NCBI GenBank assembly: GCA_019116965.1
Contig: DXAT01000041.1
Location: forward strand, 1-29,806
Direction: 5' to 3'
Source: Candidatus Coprenecus pullistercoris
GTDB taxonomy: Bacteria > Bacteroidota > Bacteroidia > Bacteroidales > UBA932
DNA: 29,806 nt
A program made the translations under genes and the position numbers. How positions within the stretch are numbered: the stretch's first letter is position 1; the number at the start of each line of letters is the position of its first letter. Under the pieces are notes generated by a model. The model saw nothing but the letters and a program-made list of their open reading frames with translations, was not told the origin of the DNA and did not search any database. Shown in pieces: positions 16,531 to 27,351 of this stretch.

Positions 16531-16599
16531 GCCCCTAAAATAATCAATATTTGAAAAATATTTCGTATTTTAGCGTTTTGTTTTGGAAATACGCGAAAA

Positions 16600-19095
16600 A
16601 TGGAAAATGAACAGATAAACCAGGGCAGGATCGTGCAGGTCGATATCGAGACCGAGATGAAAACCGCTTACATCGACTATTCGATGTCAGTGATTGTGGC
16701 ACGTGCGCTGCCTGATGTAAGAGACGGATTGAAGCCTGTGCACCGCAGGGTGCTTTACGGAATGAACGAGCTTGGACTTACCTCCGGCGGCCAGCATAAG
16801 AAGTCGGCCCGTATAGTCGGAGAGGTCCTTGGTAAGTACCATCCTCATGGCGACTCCAGTGTCTATGACGCGATGGTGCGTATGGCTCAGGACTGGAGCA
16901 TGAGGTATATGCTGGTGGACGGCCAGGGTAACTTCGGCTCGATAGACGGAGACTCGGCTGCGGCCATGCGTTATACCGAGGCGCGTTTCCGCAGGCTCGC
17001 CGAAGAATGTCTTGAGGATCTGGACAAGGATACTGTGGATTTCACCCCCAACTTCGATGAGACATTGAAGGAGCCTGTGGTGCTGCCGTCGAAGGCCCCT
17101 CTGCTTCTGCTCAACGGCTCGTCGGGTATCGCTGTGGGTATGGCTACCAATATGGCTCCCCACAATCTCGGCGAGGTGGCCGATGCCATCTGCGCATATA
17201 TAGACAACAATGACATCACCGTAGACGAGCTGATGCATTATATAAAAGGTCCCGATTTCCCCACGGGAGGTATTATCCAGGGTATTTCCGGTATCCGGGA
17301 TGCTTTCGAGACGGGCCGAGGACGCATCGTGGTGCGCTCAAAGACCGAGATTGAGGTGCAGCCCTCCGGAAGGGAGGTGATAGTGGTCACCGAGATACCT
17401 TACATGGTCAATAAGAGGGAGATGATCGAGAGCATAGCCAGGCTGGTGGAGGAAAAGAAGATAGACGGTATAGCATATATCAACGACGAGAGCGACCACA
17501 AGGGTATGCGAGTGGTCATCAAGCTGAAGATGGGAGCTGTTTCGAGCGTGGTGCTCAATACCCTTTTCAAGATGACATCGCTTCAGTCCAGCTTCTCAGT
17601 CAACAATATCGCTCTTGTGGACGGCCGCCCGAGGCTGCTCAATCTCAAGCAGCTCATCAAGTATTTCGTGCGTCACCGTCACAATGTGGTGGTGCGTAGG
17701 GCGCAGTTCAACCTCAATGAGGCCCGCAAGAAAGAGCATATCCTGGCCGGTCTGCTCAAGGCGATTGACATCATAGACGAGGTGATAAACCTGATAAGGG
17801 CATCGAAGAACCGTCAGGATGCCAGGGACGGCCTGTGTGAGAAGTTCGGATTCACTGAAATACAGGCCGGAGCCATCGTCGAGATGAGGCTCGGACAGCT
17901 GACGGGCATGGACCGTGAGAAGCTGCGGGCCGATTACGACGCCCTGCTCAAGCTGATCCATGAACTTACCGAGTTTCTTGCCGATGAGTCTCTCCAGTAT
18001 GCTCTCATCAAGAAAGAGACACAGGAACTTAAGGAAAAATACGGAGATCCCAGACGCACTGAGATAGTACCGGCTGCCGACGAGTTCAATCCCGAGGATT
18101 TCTATGCCGACGAGGATGTGGTGATCACCATATCGCACTCCGGATACATAAAGAGGACGCCTCTGACGGAGTACCGTCTGCAGAACCGCGGCGGAGTAGG
18201 CTCCAAGGGCAGCACTACCAAGGAGGAGGACTTCATCGAGCATATCTATGTGGCCAATACCCACAGCACCATGTTGTTCTTTACTGACAAGGGCAAGTGC
18301 TACTGGCTCAAGGTGTACGAGATTCCAGAGGGTACCAAGACATCGAAGGGCCGTGCTATCCAGAATGTCATCAACATCGAGCCTGACGATCATGTCTGCG
18401 CTTATATCAATGTGGGCAATCTTAACGATGAGGAGTATATCAACAGCCATTATATCGTGCTGGCCACCAAGAGAGGAACAGTCAAGAAGACCTTGCTGGA
18501 GGCCTATTCCCGTCCCCGTCAGAAGGGCGTGAACGCCATTACCATCAAGGACGGAGACGGTCTTCTGGAAGCTGTCCTTACGGATGGCACGAATGATATC
18601 CTGTTAGCGGCCCGTAAGGGAAAGTGTGTCCGTTTCCATGAGTCGCAAGCCCGTTCCATCGGCCGTACTGCTGCCGGAGTACGTGGTATCAGCATAGAGG
18701 ACGATGATGAGGTAATCGGCATGGTCTGCGCCCGTACGGATGAGGAATATCTGAAGACGCATCATATAATGGTGGTCAGTGCCAATGGATTCGGCAAGCG
18801 TTCTGCTCTTGAGGATTACAGGACGACAAGCCGTGGCGCCAAAGGGGTGAAGACCATCAATATCACAGATAAGACAGGAGACCTCATCGCCGTCAAGATG
18901 GTGTCGGATGACAATGATCTGATGATTATCAACAAATCAGGTATAACCATCCGCGTATCCGTGTCTGACATCCGGGTGGCAGGCAGGGCGACTCAGGGCG
19001 TCAAGCTCATCAACCTGCGCGAGGGAGACACTATCGCCGCAGTGTGTGTGGTGGACAAGAGTGAGGAGAAGCTCCAGGAAGTACCAGAGGAATAG
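16600..19095 (+). CDS. gyrA: DNA gyrase subunit A
   Basis: [24 protein letters not shown], active-site region and C-terminal beta-pinwheel repeats. 831 aa. Confidence 0.97.
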   Translation: MENEQINQGRIVQVDIETEMKTAYIDYSMSVIVARALPDVRDGLKPVHRRVLYGMNELGLTSGGQHKKSARIVGEVLGKYHPHGDSSVYDAMVRMAQDWSMRYMLVDGQGNFGSIDGDSAAAMRYTEARFRRLAEECLEDLDKDTVDFTPNFDETLKEPVVLPSKAPLLLLNGSSGIAVGMATNMAPHNLGEVADAICAYIDNNDITVDELMHYIKGPDFPTGGIIQGISGIRDAFETGRGRIVVRSKTEIEVQPSGREVIVVTEIPYMVNKREMIESIARLVEEKKIDGIAYINDESDHKGMRVVIKLKMGAVSSVVLNTLFKMTSLQSSFSVNNIALVDGRPRLLNLKQLIKYFVRHRHNVVVRRAQFNLNEARKKEHILAGLLKAIDIIDEVINLIRASKNRQDARDGLCEKFGFTEIQAGAIVEMRLGQLTGMDREKLRADYDALLKLIHELTEFLADESLQYALIKKETQELKEKYGDPRRTEIVPAADEFNPEDFYADEDVVITISHSGYIKRTPLTEYRLQNRGGVGSKGSTTKEEDFIEHIYVANTHSTMLFFTDKGKCYWLKVYEIPEGTKTSKGRAIQNVINIEPDDHVCAYINVGNLNDEEYINSHYIVLATKRGTVKKTLLEAYSRPRQKGVNAITIKDGDGLLEAVLTDGTNDILLAARKGKCVRFHESQARSIGRTAAGVRGISIEDDDEVIGMVCARTDEEYLKTHHIMVVSANGFGKRSALEDYRTTSRGAKGVKTINITDKTGDLIAVKMVSDDNDLMIINKSGITIRVSVSDIRVAGRATQGVKLINLREGDTIAAVCVVDKSEEKLQEVPEE

Positions 19096-19135
19096 TTAAC
19101 TAACTAATTATAAGCACAACAATTATTATCAAATC

Positions 19136-20458
19136 ATGAAAAAGATTTTATTGACCGTTGCAATGCTGGCAGTTGCCGTGGCTGCCGGAGCACAGAACAA
19201 GGATCAATTGCTCTCATCCATCGAAAAGGCTGAGGAGGCCACTCTTAATGAAAAGAAGGCTGCCAGTCCAAATACCTGGATTAAGTACGGAGATGCGTTG
19301 ACCAAGGCTTATCTGAGTCTGTATGGAGACGCCAGGACCGGTTGGGATCTCATCACAGTGTCTCTGTATGACGGCAAGAGACCTCTCTCAGAGGAGCAGG
19401 TGGAGATAAACGGAAGGCCGTTCCTCGTACAGCACTTTGAATTCCGCGATTTCTACATCAATTCGGACCAGTTGCTCGAGGCTGTGATTATCACTCAGCC
19501 CATCTCTGACGAGAATCTTCTTGTTCAGGCCAGAGAGGCGTATCTCAAGGCTGCCGAGGTAGATGCCAAGGGGTCAAAGACGAAGGCCATCACGGAAAAA
19601 CTTCTTGCAGTAGAGGAAAGACTTGTGGAGAATGCCACCAGCTATTATGCTATCGGACAGTATGACGAGGCAGCGGAACTTTTCGAGGCTTCCGTGCTTT
19701 GCCGCGACAATGATGTGGTCAACAGCATTGACAGTGTGATGGTCTCGAATACTGCACTGACATACAATCTCGCCGGCAATATGCCTAAGGCCAAGGAGTA
19801 TTATAAGAAGTGCGTGGAGATCGGTTACGATACCAATGGTGAGAACTCTTCCGCTCTTGCCGATATTCTGACCAAGGAAGGTGATATCGATGGAGCCAAG
19901 GCATGTCTTAACGCCGCTTTCCAGAAGTATCCTTCGAGCCAGGCCGTGCTTGTCGCCCTCATCAATCTCTATATAGAGTCGGGGGATGATCCTCAGAAAG
20001 TGCTCGACCTTATCAAGGCTGCTCAGGCCAACGAGCCGGACAACGCTACCCTTGTCTATGCGGAGGGTAATGTCTACAATAGCATGAATCAGCCTGAGAA
20101 GGCCATAGAACTGTACTATAAGGCATTTGAGATTGATCCTACATATGTTTACGGAATCTACGCTGTCGGCAACACTTATTTTGAGATGGCCGTTGATGTG
20201 CAGGACGAGATGGACAAGCTGGACCTCAGTGATGTAGAGGGATATGAAAAGCTTTTGAAGGAGTTCGAGGACGACCTCATGTCGTCTGTGGAGCCTTTAG
20301 AGAAGGCATTTGCCATGGCTGAGGATCAGGATGTCAAGATCGCTGCAGCCAGCGCTCTCAAGCAGATATATTTCCGCTTCCGTGACAAGGATCCCAAATA
20401 TGCGGAGGGCTATAAGAAATACAATGATTTCCTGGCAGCAGCCGGAATCACCGAGTAA
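19136..20458 (+). CDS. Secreted tetratricopeptide-repeat (TPR) protein
   Basis: Signal peptide MKKILLTVAMLAVAVAAGAQ. Multiple TPR-like helical repeats (AIELYYKAFEIDPTY...). Confidence 0.8.
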   Translation: MKKILLTVAMLAVAVAAGAQNKDQLLSSIEKAEEATLNEKKAASPNTWIKYGDALTKAYLSLYGDARTGWDLITVSLYDGKRPLSEEQVEINGRPFLVQHFEFRDFYINSDQLLEAVIITQPISDENLLVQAREAYLKAAEVDAKGSKTKAITEKLLAVEERLVENATSYYAIGQYDEAAELFEASVLCRDNDVVNSIDSVMVSNTALTYNLAGNMPKAKEYYKKCVEIGYDTNGENSSALADILTKEGDIDGAKACLNAAFQKYPSSQAVLVALINLYIESGDDPQKVLDLIKAAQANEPDNATLVYAEGNVYNSMNQPEKAIELYYKAFEIDPTYVYGIYAVGNTYFEMAVDVQDEMDKLDLSDVEGYEKLLKEFEDDLMSSVEPLEKAFAMAEDQDVKIAAASALKQIYFRFRDKDPKYAEGYKKYNDFLAAAGITE

Positions 20459-20481
20459 TCGGATATCCGATACGGAATAAC

Positions 20482-20520
20482 AAAAAAAGAGTGCGTCATC
20501 ATAGTGGCGCACTCTTTTCG
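20482..20520. terminator. Bidirectional rho-independent terminator between convergent genes.
   Basis: AAAAAAAGAGTGCG-N11-CGCACTCTTTTCGTTT. A-tract and T-tract on either side. Confidence 0.7.
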
Positions 20521-20537
20521 TTTATATTATTAATATC

Positions 20538-21521
20538 TTATTTCTTGGTGAAAGTGATGGTGCCGGCAGGAGAACCGGAGTTCGCTGTCTGGTCATAGGG
20601 ATAGTAATAATATGAGCCGTTCTCAGTGGGAGATATTCCGGCGACATCAAAGGCGCAGATCTGCGTAGGATTGCCGTTGACTGTGTAGCTGACACCTTCT
20701 CCGCTCATCTCAGTGCAGTCCTGATTGGGAGTAAGGGTGTATGCGTAGTACAGATCGCCTCCATTGTAGAGGGGAATGATATCTCCGTTGTTGTCGTAGA
20801 AACCGCACCATGTGGCTTTGTATTCAGAGAGCATGAAGGAGGAATTCAATCTTGAAGGAAGCTCCCATCCGCCGACAAGACCGAATGTACCGTCGCTGCG
20901 TATCTGTGCAAAAGCCTCGACTTCATCTACTTCAAATCCGTATTCCTCTACAACTCTTGACATGCCTGTGATCTTGGCGCATTCTTCGTCAGCATCATAG
21001 GCTATGGTGACATCGAATGTCATAGGGGTATCGTTCAATGTCATGTCGTAATCAGATAAATCACTGTTCCATGTGCATTTGAGAGTCTTTGAGGATGTCA
21101 TGGTCCATTCGCCCATGAACGGTTCGTATTCCGCAGGAACCTCTACAGGCTCGTAGGGAACGAATTCGTAGGTAAGGGAACCCCATTCGGAATCACCGTA
21201 CTGAGAGCCTGTCTGGGCTATGGCACGTACGCCGAAGATGTATGTGCCGGGCTCGAGGTTCATGAAAGTAAAGTCAGTGCGGTCAGTAGCGGTAGTATCC
21301 TGACCGTTGATAGTGCAGAGATAAGAGACAGCGTGCTCAACGGCCTCCCATTCAATGGTAACGGATGTTTTTGTCGTGATGCTTACAGAGGGAGCAGGAG
21401 TCGCAAGGGGTGTCGTATCGCCACCACCGGGGATGTCATCAGGCTTCTCGTCATTGTTGCATGAGAGCAAACCGGCTGTAGCCGTAAAGGCCATAGCAGC
21501 ATAAAAAAGAATTTTTCTCAT
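20538..21521 (-). CDS. Lipoprotein with an Fn3-like domain, hypothetical.
   Basis: MRKILFYAAMAFTATAGLLSC lipobox. SVSITTKTSVTIEWEAVEHAVSYLCTINGQ is Fn3-like. Confidence 0.7.
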   Translation of the reverse strand: MRKILFYAAMAFTATAGLLSCNNDEKPDDIPGGGDTTPLATPAPSVSITTKTSVTIEWEAVEHAVSYLCTINGQDTTATDRTDFTFMNLEPGTYIFGVRAIAQTGSQYGDSEWGSLTYEFVPYEPVEVPAEYEPFMGEWTMTSSKTLKCTWNSDLSDYDMTLNDTPMTFDVTIAYDADEECAKITGMSRVVEEYGFEVDEVEAFAQIRSDGTFGLVGGWELPSRLNSSFMLSEYKATWCGFYDNNGDIIPLYNGGDLYYAYTLTPNQDCTEMSGEGVSYTVNGNPTQICAFDVAGISPTENGSYYYYPYDQTANSGSPAGTITFTKK

Positions 21522-21573
21522 AAGAAAATAATATTAATATTACTTATTGGCGCAAATATAAAAAGTTTTTCCT

Positions 21574-22728
21574 TTACTTGATGTTGCTTGTGAGTTTTTG
21601 GATGAATTTGGACTGTGACAGAAACTCACTTGCAATGACTCTCAGGACGGTATAGAATGGTACGGCGGCTATGATTCCGAAGATGCCGCCGATCTGGCCG
21701 GCTATAAGGATGACAATGAATATCTCCAACGGATGTGCCTTTACGCTGTTGGAGTATATCAGCGGCTGGAATATGTAGTTGTCTATGAGCTGTGTGGCCA
21801 CGAAGATGCCGAGGATGATCAGCAGGAATACCAGGAGGTTTATCTCCAGTCCGTTGTTGATGTGGTAGATGAGTCCCATGATCAGGGCAAGGATGTCTCC
21901 GATGACGGGGCCGAGGTATGGGATGATGTTAAGTATTCCGGATGAGAAGGCCACCACAATAGCCAGTTTGGGATCTACTTTGGCGATGAATATGAGTCCC
22001 ATGCCGTTAAGCAAGGCTACAAGCAGGGCCTCGAGCGTGATACCTATGAAGTATCTTGACAGCAGGTTGTTGATGGACTTTATGGACCGGCGGACTTTGT
22101 CCTCGTACTTGTCGGGGACGATGCCCGTCAGTGTGTTGGATATGATGCCGTTCTCCATGAGCAGGAAAAAGGCGATGAATATCACTGAGAATGCGCCTAT
22201 GCCGAAATCAGCCAGGAACGAGGCCAGGGATACCACTATGTTGGATATGGTATTGAGATTGATGAAGTCCTTCAGATAGTTGAACAGCATCACCTCTATC
22301 CTGAAGTCCTCTCCTACGGACGGATCCGAGCGTATTATGAATTCGTTGACACGGTTGAGCACCTCGTACGCACCGGTGTCGAGGCTCTTTAGGTTGACGC
22401 TGTTGATGAGCTGGACGAACTCTCCGATGATGGGGGCCATCAGCAGGAACAGCGAAAGGCACAGGCAGATGATGACTGCCAGGGAGAGCCCGGCCGCGAG
22501 CCACCGCGGAAAGTGACGGCCCTTTATCTCTATTTTCGTCAGGATCCTTACCAATGGCTTGCCGATAAGGGCAACCACGACAGCAAGCGCTATGTACAGA
22601 AGGATGGATCTGAAGTACCAGCCGAGAAACAACACGATGGCCGTGACTCCTGCTATCATGAGATATTTTGCGAGTTTGTCCATGTCCGCGGATGAGTATG
22701 TACCGCAAAAATAAAAAAGTTCCGGCAT
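21574..22728 (-). CDS. AI-2E family transporter (PerM/YhhT-like permease)
   Basis: 384 aa with about 8 TM segments. Family-typical NIIPYLGPVIGDILALIMGLIY motif. Confidence 0.8.
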   Translation of the reverse strand: MPELFYFCGTYSSADMDKLAKYLMIAGVTAIVLFLGWYFRSILLYIALAVVVALIGKPLVRILTKIEIKGRHFPRWLAAGLSLAVIICLCLSLFLLMAPIIGEFVQLINSVNLKSLDTGAYEVLNRVNEFIIRSDPSVGEDFRIEVMLFNYLKDFINLNTISNIVVSLASFLADFGIGAFSVIFIAFFLLMENGIISNTLTGIVPDKYEDKVRRSIKSINNLLSRYFIGITLEALLVALLNGMGLIFIAKVDPKLAIVVAFSSGILNIIPYLGPVIGDILALIMGLIYHINNGLEINLLVFLLIILGIFVATQLIDNYIFQPLIYSNSVKAHPLEIFIVILIAGQIGGIFGIIAAVPFYTVLRVIASEFLSQSKFIQKLTSNIK

Positions 22729-22750
22729 AATTCAAATCTGCCGGAACTCA
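22706..22750 (-). terminator. Rho-independent terminator after the RRM gene (minus strand).
   Basis: Minus strand: GTTCCGGC-N13-GCCGGAAC followed by TTTTTTATTTTTG. Confidence 0.7.
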
Positions 22751-22768
22751 TTCTGCGATGCGGGACGC

Positions 22769-23038
22769 TTATTCTGCCGTCTCTTCAGTTTTGGGCAGGG
22801 GTCTTTCGTTGCCCACTGCGACATTGATGGTACGCCCCATATATTCTGTCCCGTTAAGGGCCTCAATGGCTTTCATACCTTCTTCTTCGGACATCTCTAC
22901 GAAACCGTAGCCTCTCGACCTTCTGGTTTCCTTGTTGACGATGATTCTGGCAGAGGACACTTCTCCATAAGGAGTGAACAACGAAGCCAAATCCTCTTTT
23001 CTGACTCTGTAGTTCAAGTTAGATACAAAGATATTCAT
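22769..23038 (-). CDS. RNA-binding protein (RRM domain)
   Basis: RNP-2 IFVSNL and RNP-1 RGYGFVEM motifs. 89 aa. Confidence 0.85.
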   Translation of the reverse strand: MNIFVSNLNYRVRKEDLASLFTPYGEVSSARIIVNKETRRSRGYGFVEMSEEEGMKAIEALNGTEYMGRTINVAVGNERPLPKTEETAE

Positions 23039-23096
23039 GTGTACAGTTTGGTTATATTTGCTGCAAAGGTATGAAATTTAATCCTTTTAGCAAAAA

Positions 23097-24536
23097 CTAT
23101 TCGTGTCCGTAGCTGCTGCCGTCGAAACAATGGGTGCATATCATCTCCTTGGGCAGTCCGATTGCGGCGACAAGGTTCTCGATGGAGTTGAACTTCAGGG
23201 ATGCCACATTGACCTCGTTGCGGATGTATTCCACCATGGCGGCGTATTCAGCCGTATCGTTGCGCACATACTTGCCGAGATTCTTGTCATGGGCTCCCTC
23301 GTTCTTGAGAATGAAGCGGCGGGCAATGAGCTCCAGCGGAGTGCGTGACTCCGAGAAGTTGATGAACTCGCACGGATAGACCAATGGAGGGCAGCTGATG
23401 CGCACATGTACTTCCTTGGCTCCGTATTCGTACAGGTTGCGGACATTGTTGCGCAGCTGGGTGCCGCGGACGATGGAGTCGTCGCAGAATACCGGTTTAT
23501 GGTTTTTCAGTATTGCTCCGTTGGGAATCAGTTTCATCTTGGCTACCAGGTTCCTTCTTTCCTGACTGGTGGGGGTGAAGCTTCTGGGCCATGTCGGGGT
23601 GTATTTCACATATCCGTTGCGGAAGGGAACGCCCTTTCCGTCGGAATAGCCGATGGCCATGCATGTGCCGGAGTCGGGGATGGAGCAGATGGTATCCATA
23701 TCTGAGTCGTCCTGCTTGGCCATTCTGTAGCCCAAGTTGTAGCGTACCTCATCCACATTGATGCCCTCATAGGAGGATGCGGGATAGCCGTAGTATATCC
23801 AGAGGAAAGAGCATATCTGCATCTTTTTCTTTGGCTTGACAATCTGCTCGAGACCGTCGGCCGTCATCCTGACCGCCTCACCGGGGCCGAGTATCAGCTT
23901 CTCCTTGTATCCGAGATTGGGAAACGCGCATGTCTCGGAGGCTACTGCGTGGGCCCGCTCCCTTTCTCCGTTCTCGTCCACAATGTCTTTCTCTCCTATG
24001 ATGAGAGGAGTCCTTCCGTAGAGATCCCTGCATGCGATGACGCTGTCCTCCGTCAGGAGCAGGAACGAGCAGGAACCCTTGATCTTCTGCTGGACGGATT
24101 CGATGCCTTCCTCGAAAGAGGTCGAGCAGGTGAGTATCTGGGCTATCAGTTCAGTGGGATTGGTCTTTCCTGAGCTCAGTTCCGTGAAGTTCTTGTTCTG
24201 GGCCAGCATCTCTTTTTCGAGATCGGCGAGGTTGCGGATCTTGCCGACTGTCACTATCGCGAACCGTCCGAGGTGGGAGTTGACAACAATGGGCTGCGCA
24301 TCTGTATCGCTTATGACACCGATGCCTAAGTTTCCGGTGTATTTGTAGAGGTCATCCTCGAATTTGACTCTGAAGTAGGAGTTTTCCAGTGAATGAATGT
24401 CCCTTGCGAAGATTCCGTCGCCGTTATAGACGGCCATTCCGCCCCTGCGGGTTCCGAGATGTGAGTGATAGTCCACTCCGTAGAAGAGGTCATTTCTGCA
24501 TGGCTTGGTGGAGATGACTCCGAATATTCCTCCCAT
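23097..24536 (-). CDS. purF: Amidophosphoribosyltransferase (PurF)-like protein. PRTase domain intact, N-terminal glutaminase domain apparently lacks the Cys1 nucleophile.
   Basis: Aligns with PurF throughout (HLGTRRGG, GNLGIG...AQP, FCDDSIVRGTQ PRPP motif, C-terminal CTHC Fe-S-like ligands). Starts MGGIFG rather than MCGIVG. Confidence 0.75.
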   Translation of the reverse strand: MGGIFGVISTKPCRNDLFYGVDYHSHLGTRRGGMAVYNGDGIFARDIHSLENSYFRVKFEDDLYKYTGNLGIGVISDTDAQPIVVNSHLGRFAIVTVGKIRNLADLEKEMLAQNKNFTELSSGKTNPTELIAQILTCSTSFEEGIESVQQKIKGSCSFLLLTEDSVIACRDLYGRTPLIIGEKDIVDENGERERAHAVASETCAFPNLGYKEKLILGPGEAVRMTADGLEQIVKPKKKMQICSFLWIYYGYPASSYEGINVDEVRYNLGYRMAKQDDSDMDTICSIPDSGTCMAIGYSDGKGVPFRNGYVKYTPTWPRSFTPTSQERRNLVAKMKLIPNGAILKNHKPVFCDDSIVRGTQLRNNVRNLYEYGAKEVHVRISCPPLVYPCEFINFSESRTPLELIARRFILKNEGAHDKNLGKYVRNDTAEYAAMVEYIRNEVNVASLKFNSIENLVAAIGLPKEMICTHCFDGSSYGHE

Positions 24537-24624
24537 ATGTCGTGTTGTGTTAAAAATTGTGTCTGCAAATATATCCCGTTTTCGGGATTTTTTACAATAA
24601 AATTTACGTTTTTTGTGGGGAGGA

Positions 24625-25983
24625 TTATAAGTTGCTGATAGTGGCGTTTATGCATATGAACAGCTCAATGGTTTCCGTCAGAATGCGCTCTGGGGCATCA
24701 GTGAGGATGCCTCCGGTGTCCGGTGCTGCAAGCACTGCGGGAATCAGGAACATCGCCACGCTGACGAGTGGAGAGCAAAGCAGGTTGGCGATCAGTGAGT
24801 AGAAAGCGAAAGTGCCGAAGTGCAGCAGTATGACCGGTGCGGTGGTGGTCTGACATGCTATGGTCATGGCGCAGACATCCCTGATACTCCGCAGTATCTT
24901 TCCCCGGACTGGAACGAGGTCCCTAAGGTGCGGAAATATCAGGAATATGGCGGTCATAGCGGCATAAGAGAGCTGAAAGCTCACTCCCGAAGGCGCTGAA
25001 GAGTCTAAGGTCGTTATGATTATTGCGCTAAGAGCCAGTGCGTTGATTCCGTTGCGCTGCCGTCCGGCAATCACGCCGGCCTCGTAGATGGAGAACATGA
25101 CGGCGGCCCTGAGTATTGATACGCCGCAGCCGGTGAAGATGGTGAAGGCCCATAGTGCGAGAGTTATGATGACTGAACGGATGCGCCTGGCAGTCCGGGA
25201 GTTGCCTATAATGCACAGGAGTCTGCGCAGTACTCCGTAGAACAGCCCGAGATGCATCCCGGAGAGCGCCAGCAGATGAATCGCTCCGCTTTCCCTGAAA
25301 CTCTCTTCGATCTCCGGCGCAATCTCATCCTGGTAGCCGTATGCCAGGGCTTTCACGACAGCTCTGACCTGGACTTTGTCATCCCCCTGTATGGCCGAGT
25401 CGACGGCTGCCGAGAATCTTTTTCTCATTCTGGCCGGAATCAGTTTTACAGGAGGCCTGCCGCAGGCTGTCACGGTCATGGAGGAACCGTGTCCGTAGAA
25501 ACAGGTGTAGAATATCCCCTGCTTGGCCATGTAGCTTCTGTAGTCGAAGTCCTCTGTGAAATTCTCTACTTCAGAGCATCTGACGCTGGCTTTTACACTG
25601 TCTCCGGGCATCCATACGGTGTTTTGCGGAATATTATATATAATGGTGTTCTCGTTGCCGACGGATATCTCTAAAAATGGTCTGCCCGAGGATGACAGGC
25701 CGCCGTCCGTGATGATACCGCTGATGTCCAATAATCTGCTTTCGGTCAGGGATGAAGATTCCGCACCTGGCAACATGGCCGTATAGGTGGAGGCACCAGT
25801 GGCTCCGAGGAGTGGGAACAGTAGAATACGCAGTCCCGGAAAGCGCAAGCCGAGAGCCATGACTGCTATGGAGGACAATGTGCAGGCCAATGCCGTGATA
25901 TGCGGATACGCTGTGCCGGTGGCGGCCAGATTGCCGGCTACGAAAGACAGCGCGGCGGTGAACAGAAACATCTCTCTCCTCAT
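24625..25983 (-). CDS. ComEC/Rec2-family membrane protein (competence domain only, no metallo-beta-lactamase domain).
   Basis: Polytopic membrane protein. LLALSGMHLGLFYGVL matches the ComEC competence-domain signature. 452 aa. Confidence 0.7.
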   Translation of the reverse strand: MRREMFLFTAALSFVAGNLAATGTAYPHITALACTLSSIAVMALGLRFPGLRILLFPLLGATGASTYTAMLPGAESSSLTESRLLDISGIITDGGLSSSGRPFLEISVGNENTIIYNIPQNTVWMPGDSVKASVRCSEVENFTEDFDYRSYMAKQGIFYTCFYGHGSSMTVTACGRPPVKLIPARMRKRFSAAVDSAIQGDDKVQVRAVVKALAYGYQDEIAPEIEESFRESGAIHLLALSGMHLGLFYGVLRRLLCIIGNSRTARRIRSVIITLALWAFTIFTGCGVSILRAAVMFSIYEAGVIAGRQRNGINALALSAIIITTLDSSAPSGVSFQLSYAAMTAIFLIFPHLRDLVPVRGKILRSIRDVCAMTIACQTTTAPVILLHFGTFAFYSLIANLLCSPLVSVAMFLIPAVLAAPDTGGILTDAPERILTETIELFICINATISNL

Positions 25984-26109
25984 GCTTTCAACACTTTTCC
26001 CGGTCTTGGACTCAATTTGACTGCAAGGTAAGAATTCTTTGCTGAAATTCCTATTTTATGATTAACTTTGCAGGATTGTTGGAACAATTTTAAACGAAGT
26101 AAAAATATT

Positions 26110-27318
26110 ATGATTGTATTGGTAATCAACTGCGGAAGCTCGTCGCTGAAGTATCAGGTCCTCGACATGAGGAGTGACAATGACTATTCTCTGCTGGCCA
26201 AGGGTCTTGTGGAGAGAATCGGTCTCGAGATGGGAGAGATCACCCATCGTCCCGCCGGTAAGGACAAATTCATAATCTCCAAGCCTGTGCCTGACCATAC
26301 TGAGGGCATAAAATCTGTGCTCGGACTTCTGACGGATCCGGATCACGGTGTACTGAGCTCACTTGACCAGATAGAGGCTGTAGGCCACAGAGTGGCGCAC
26401 GGCGGAGAGCTTTTCCCCGAATCCTGCCTCGTGGACGACAAGGTGATAGAGGGAATCGAGAGCCTGTGCGAGCTGGCCCCGCTTCACAATCCGGCCAACC
26501 TTTTGGGAATAAGGGCTGTGCAGAAGCTCATGCCTCATATTCCGCAGGTGGCTGTTTTCGATACTTCGTTCCATCAGACCATGCCTGACTACGCTTATAT
26601 GTACGCTATCCCGTATGAGTGCTATGAGAAACTCCACGTGCGCCGTTACGGATTCCACGGTACAAGCCATAAGTTCGTGGCCCGCAGGGCATGCGAGTTC
26701 CTCGGCATGGACATAAACAATTCCAAAATAGTAACCTGCCATCTCGGCAACGGAGGCTCCGTTACCGCCATCCTCAACGGCAAGTCCGTGGACACCTCCA
26801 TGGGATTCACTCCTGTCGAGGGCGTGGTGATGGGTACCAGATGCGGCAGTATCGATGCCGGTGCGGTGACATATCTTCAGGAGAAGCTTAATCTCGACCT
26901 GGACGGTATCACCAAACTGCTCAACAAGAAGAGCGGTTTTCTCGGAGTGTCCGGAGTGTCTTCCGACTGCCGCGATATCGTGAGCGCATACGAGAACGGC
27001 AACTACAGGGCCGGTCTCTCGCTGAATATGTTCTACCATAGTGTCCGTAAGTATATAGGTGCGTACAGCGCAGTGATGGGCGGACTTGACGTGATAGTGT
27101 TTACCGGCGGTATCGGTGAGAACGACGGAGACGCGCGCAAGGAGATATGCTCGACCCTCGGTTTCTTAGGAGTGGAGTTCGACGAGGCCGCCAACAAGGG
27201 CGTGCGCGGCGAGGACAAGCTCATCTCCACGGCTTCTTCCAAGGTGAAGGTACTGACATTGTCCACAAACGAGGAGCTGGTGATTGCACGTGACACCATG
27301 CACCTCTCACGTAAATAG
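26110..27318 (+). CDS. ackA: Acetate kinase
   Basis: MIVLVINCGSSSLKYQ N-terminal motif and ASKHP-family motifs (HLGNGGS, VDTSMGFTP). The track ORF begins at 26068, but the canonical N-terminus is at the ATG at 26110. Confidence 0.9.
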   Translation: MIVLVINCGSSSLKYQVLDMRSDNDYSLLAKGLVERIGLEMGEITHRPAGKDKFIISKPVPDHTEGIKSVLGLLTDPDHGVLSSLDQIEAVGHRVAHGGELFPESCLVDDKVIEGIESLCELAPLHNPANLLGIRAVQKLMPHIPQVAVFDTSFHQTMPDYAYMYAIPYECYEKLHVRRYGFHGTSHKFVARRACEFLGMDINNSKIVTCHLGNGGSVTAILNGKSVDTSMGFTPVEGVVMGTRCGSIDAGAVTYLQEKLNLDLDGITKLLNKKSGFLGVSGVSSDCRDIVSAYENGNYRAGLSLNMFYHSVRKYIGAYSAVMGGLDVIVFTGGIGENDGDARKEICSTLGFLGVEFDEAANKGVRGEDKLISTASSKVKVLTLSTNEELVIARDTMHLSRK

Positions 27319-27351
27319 TATTTAATGTGTTAAACTTATAAACAAAGAATC

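Noticed and set aside
14048-16554. Multiple plus-strand ORFs (up to 351 aa) antisense to clpC
   Set aside because: clpC is unambiguous (Clp_N, two Walker A motifs). These are shadow ORFs in a GC-rich gene.
26359-27039. 226-aa minus-strand ORF inside ackA, and a similar 289-aa ORF (28618..29487) inside buk
   Set aside because: Antisense to genes with strong family signatures.
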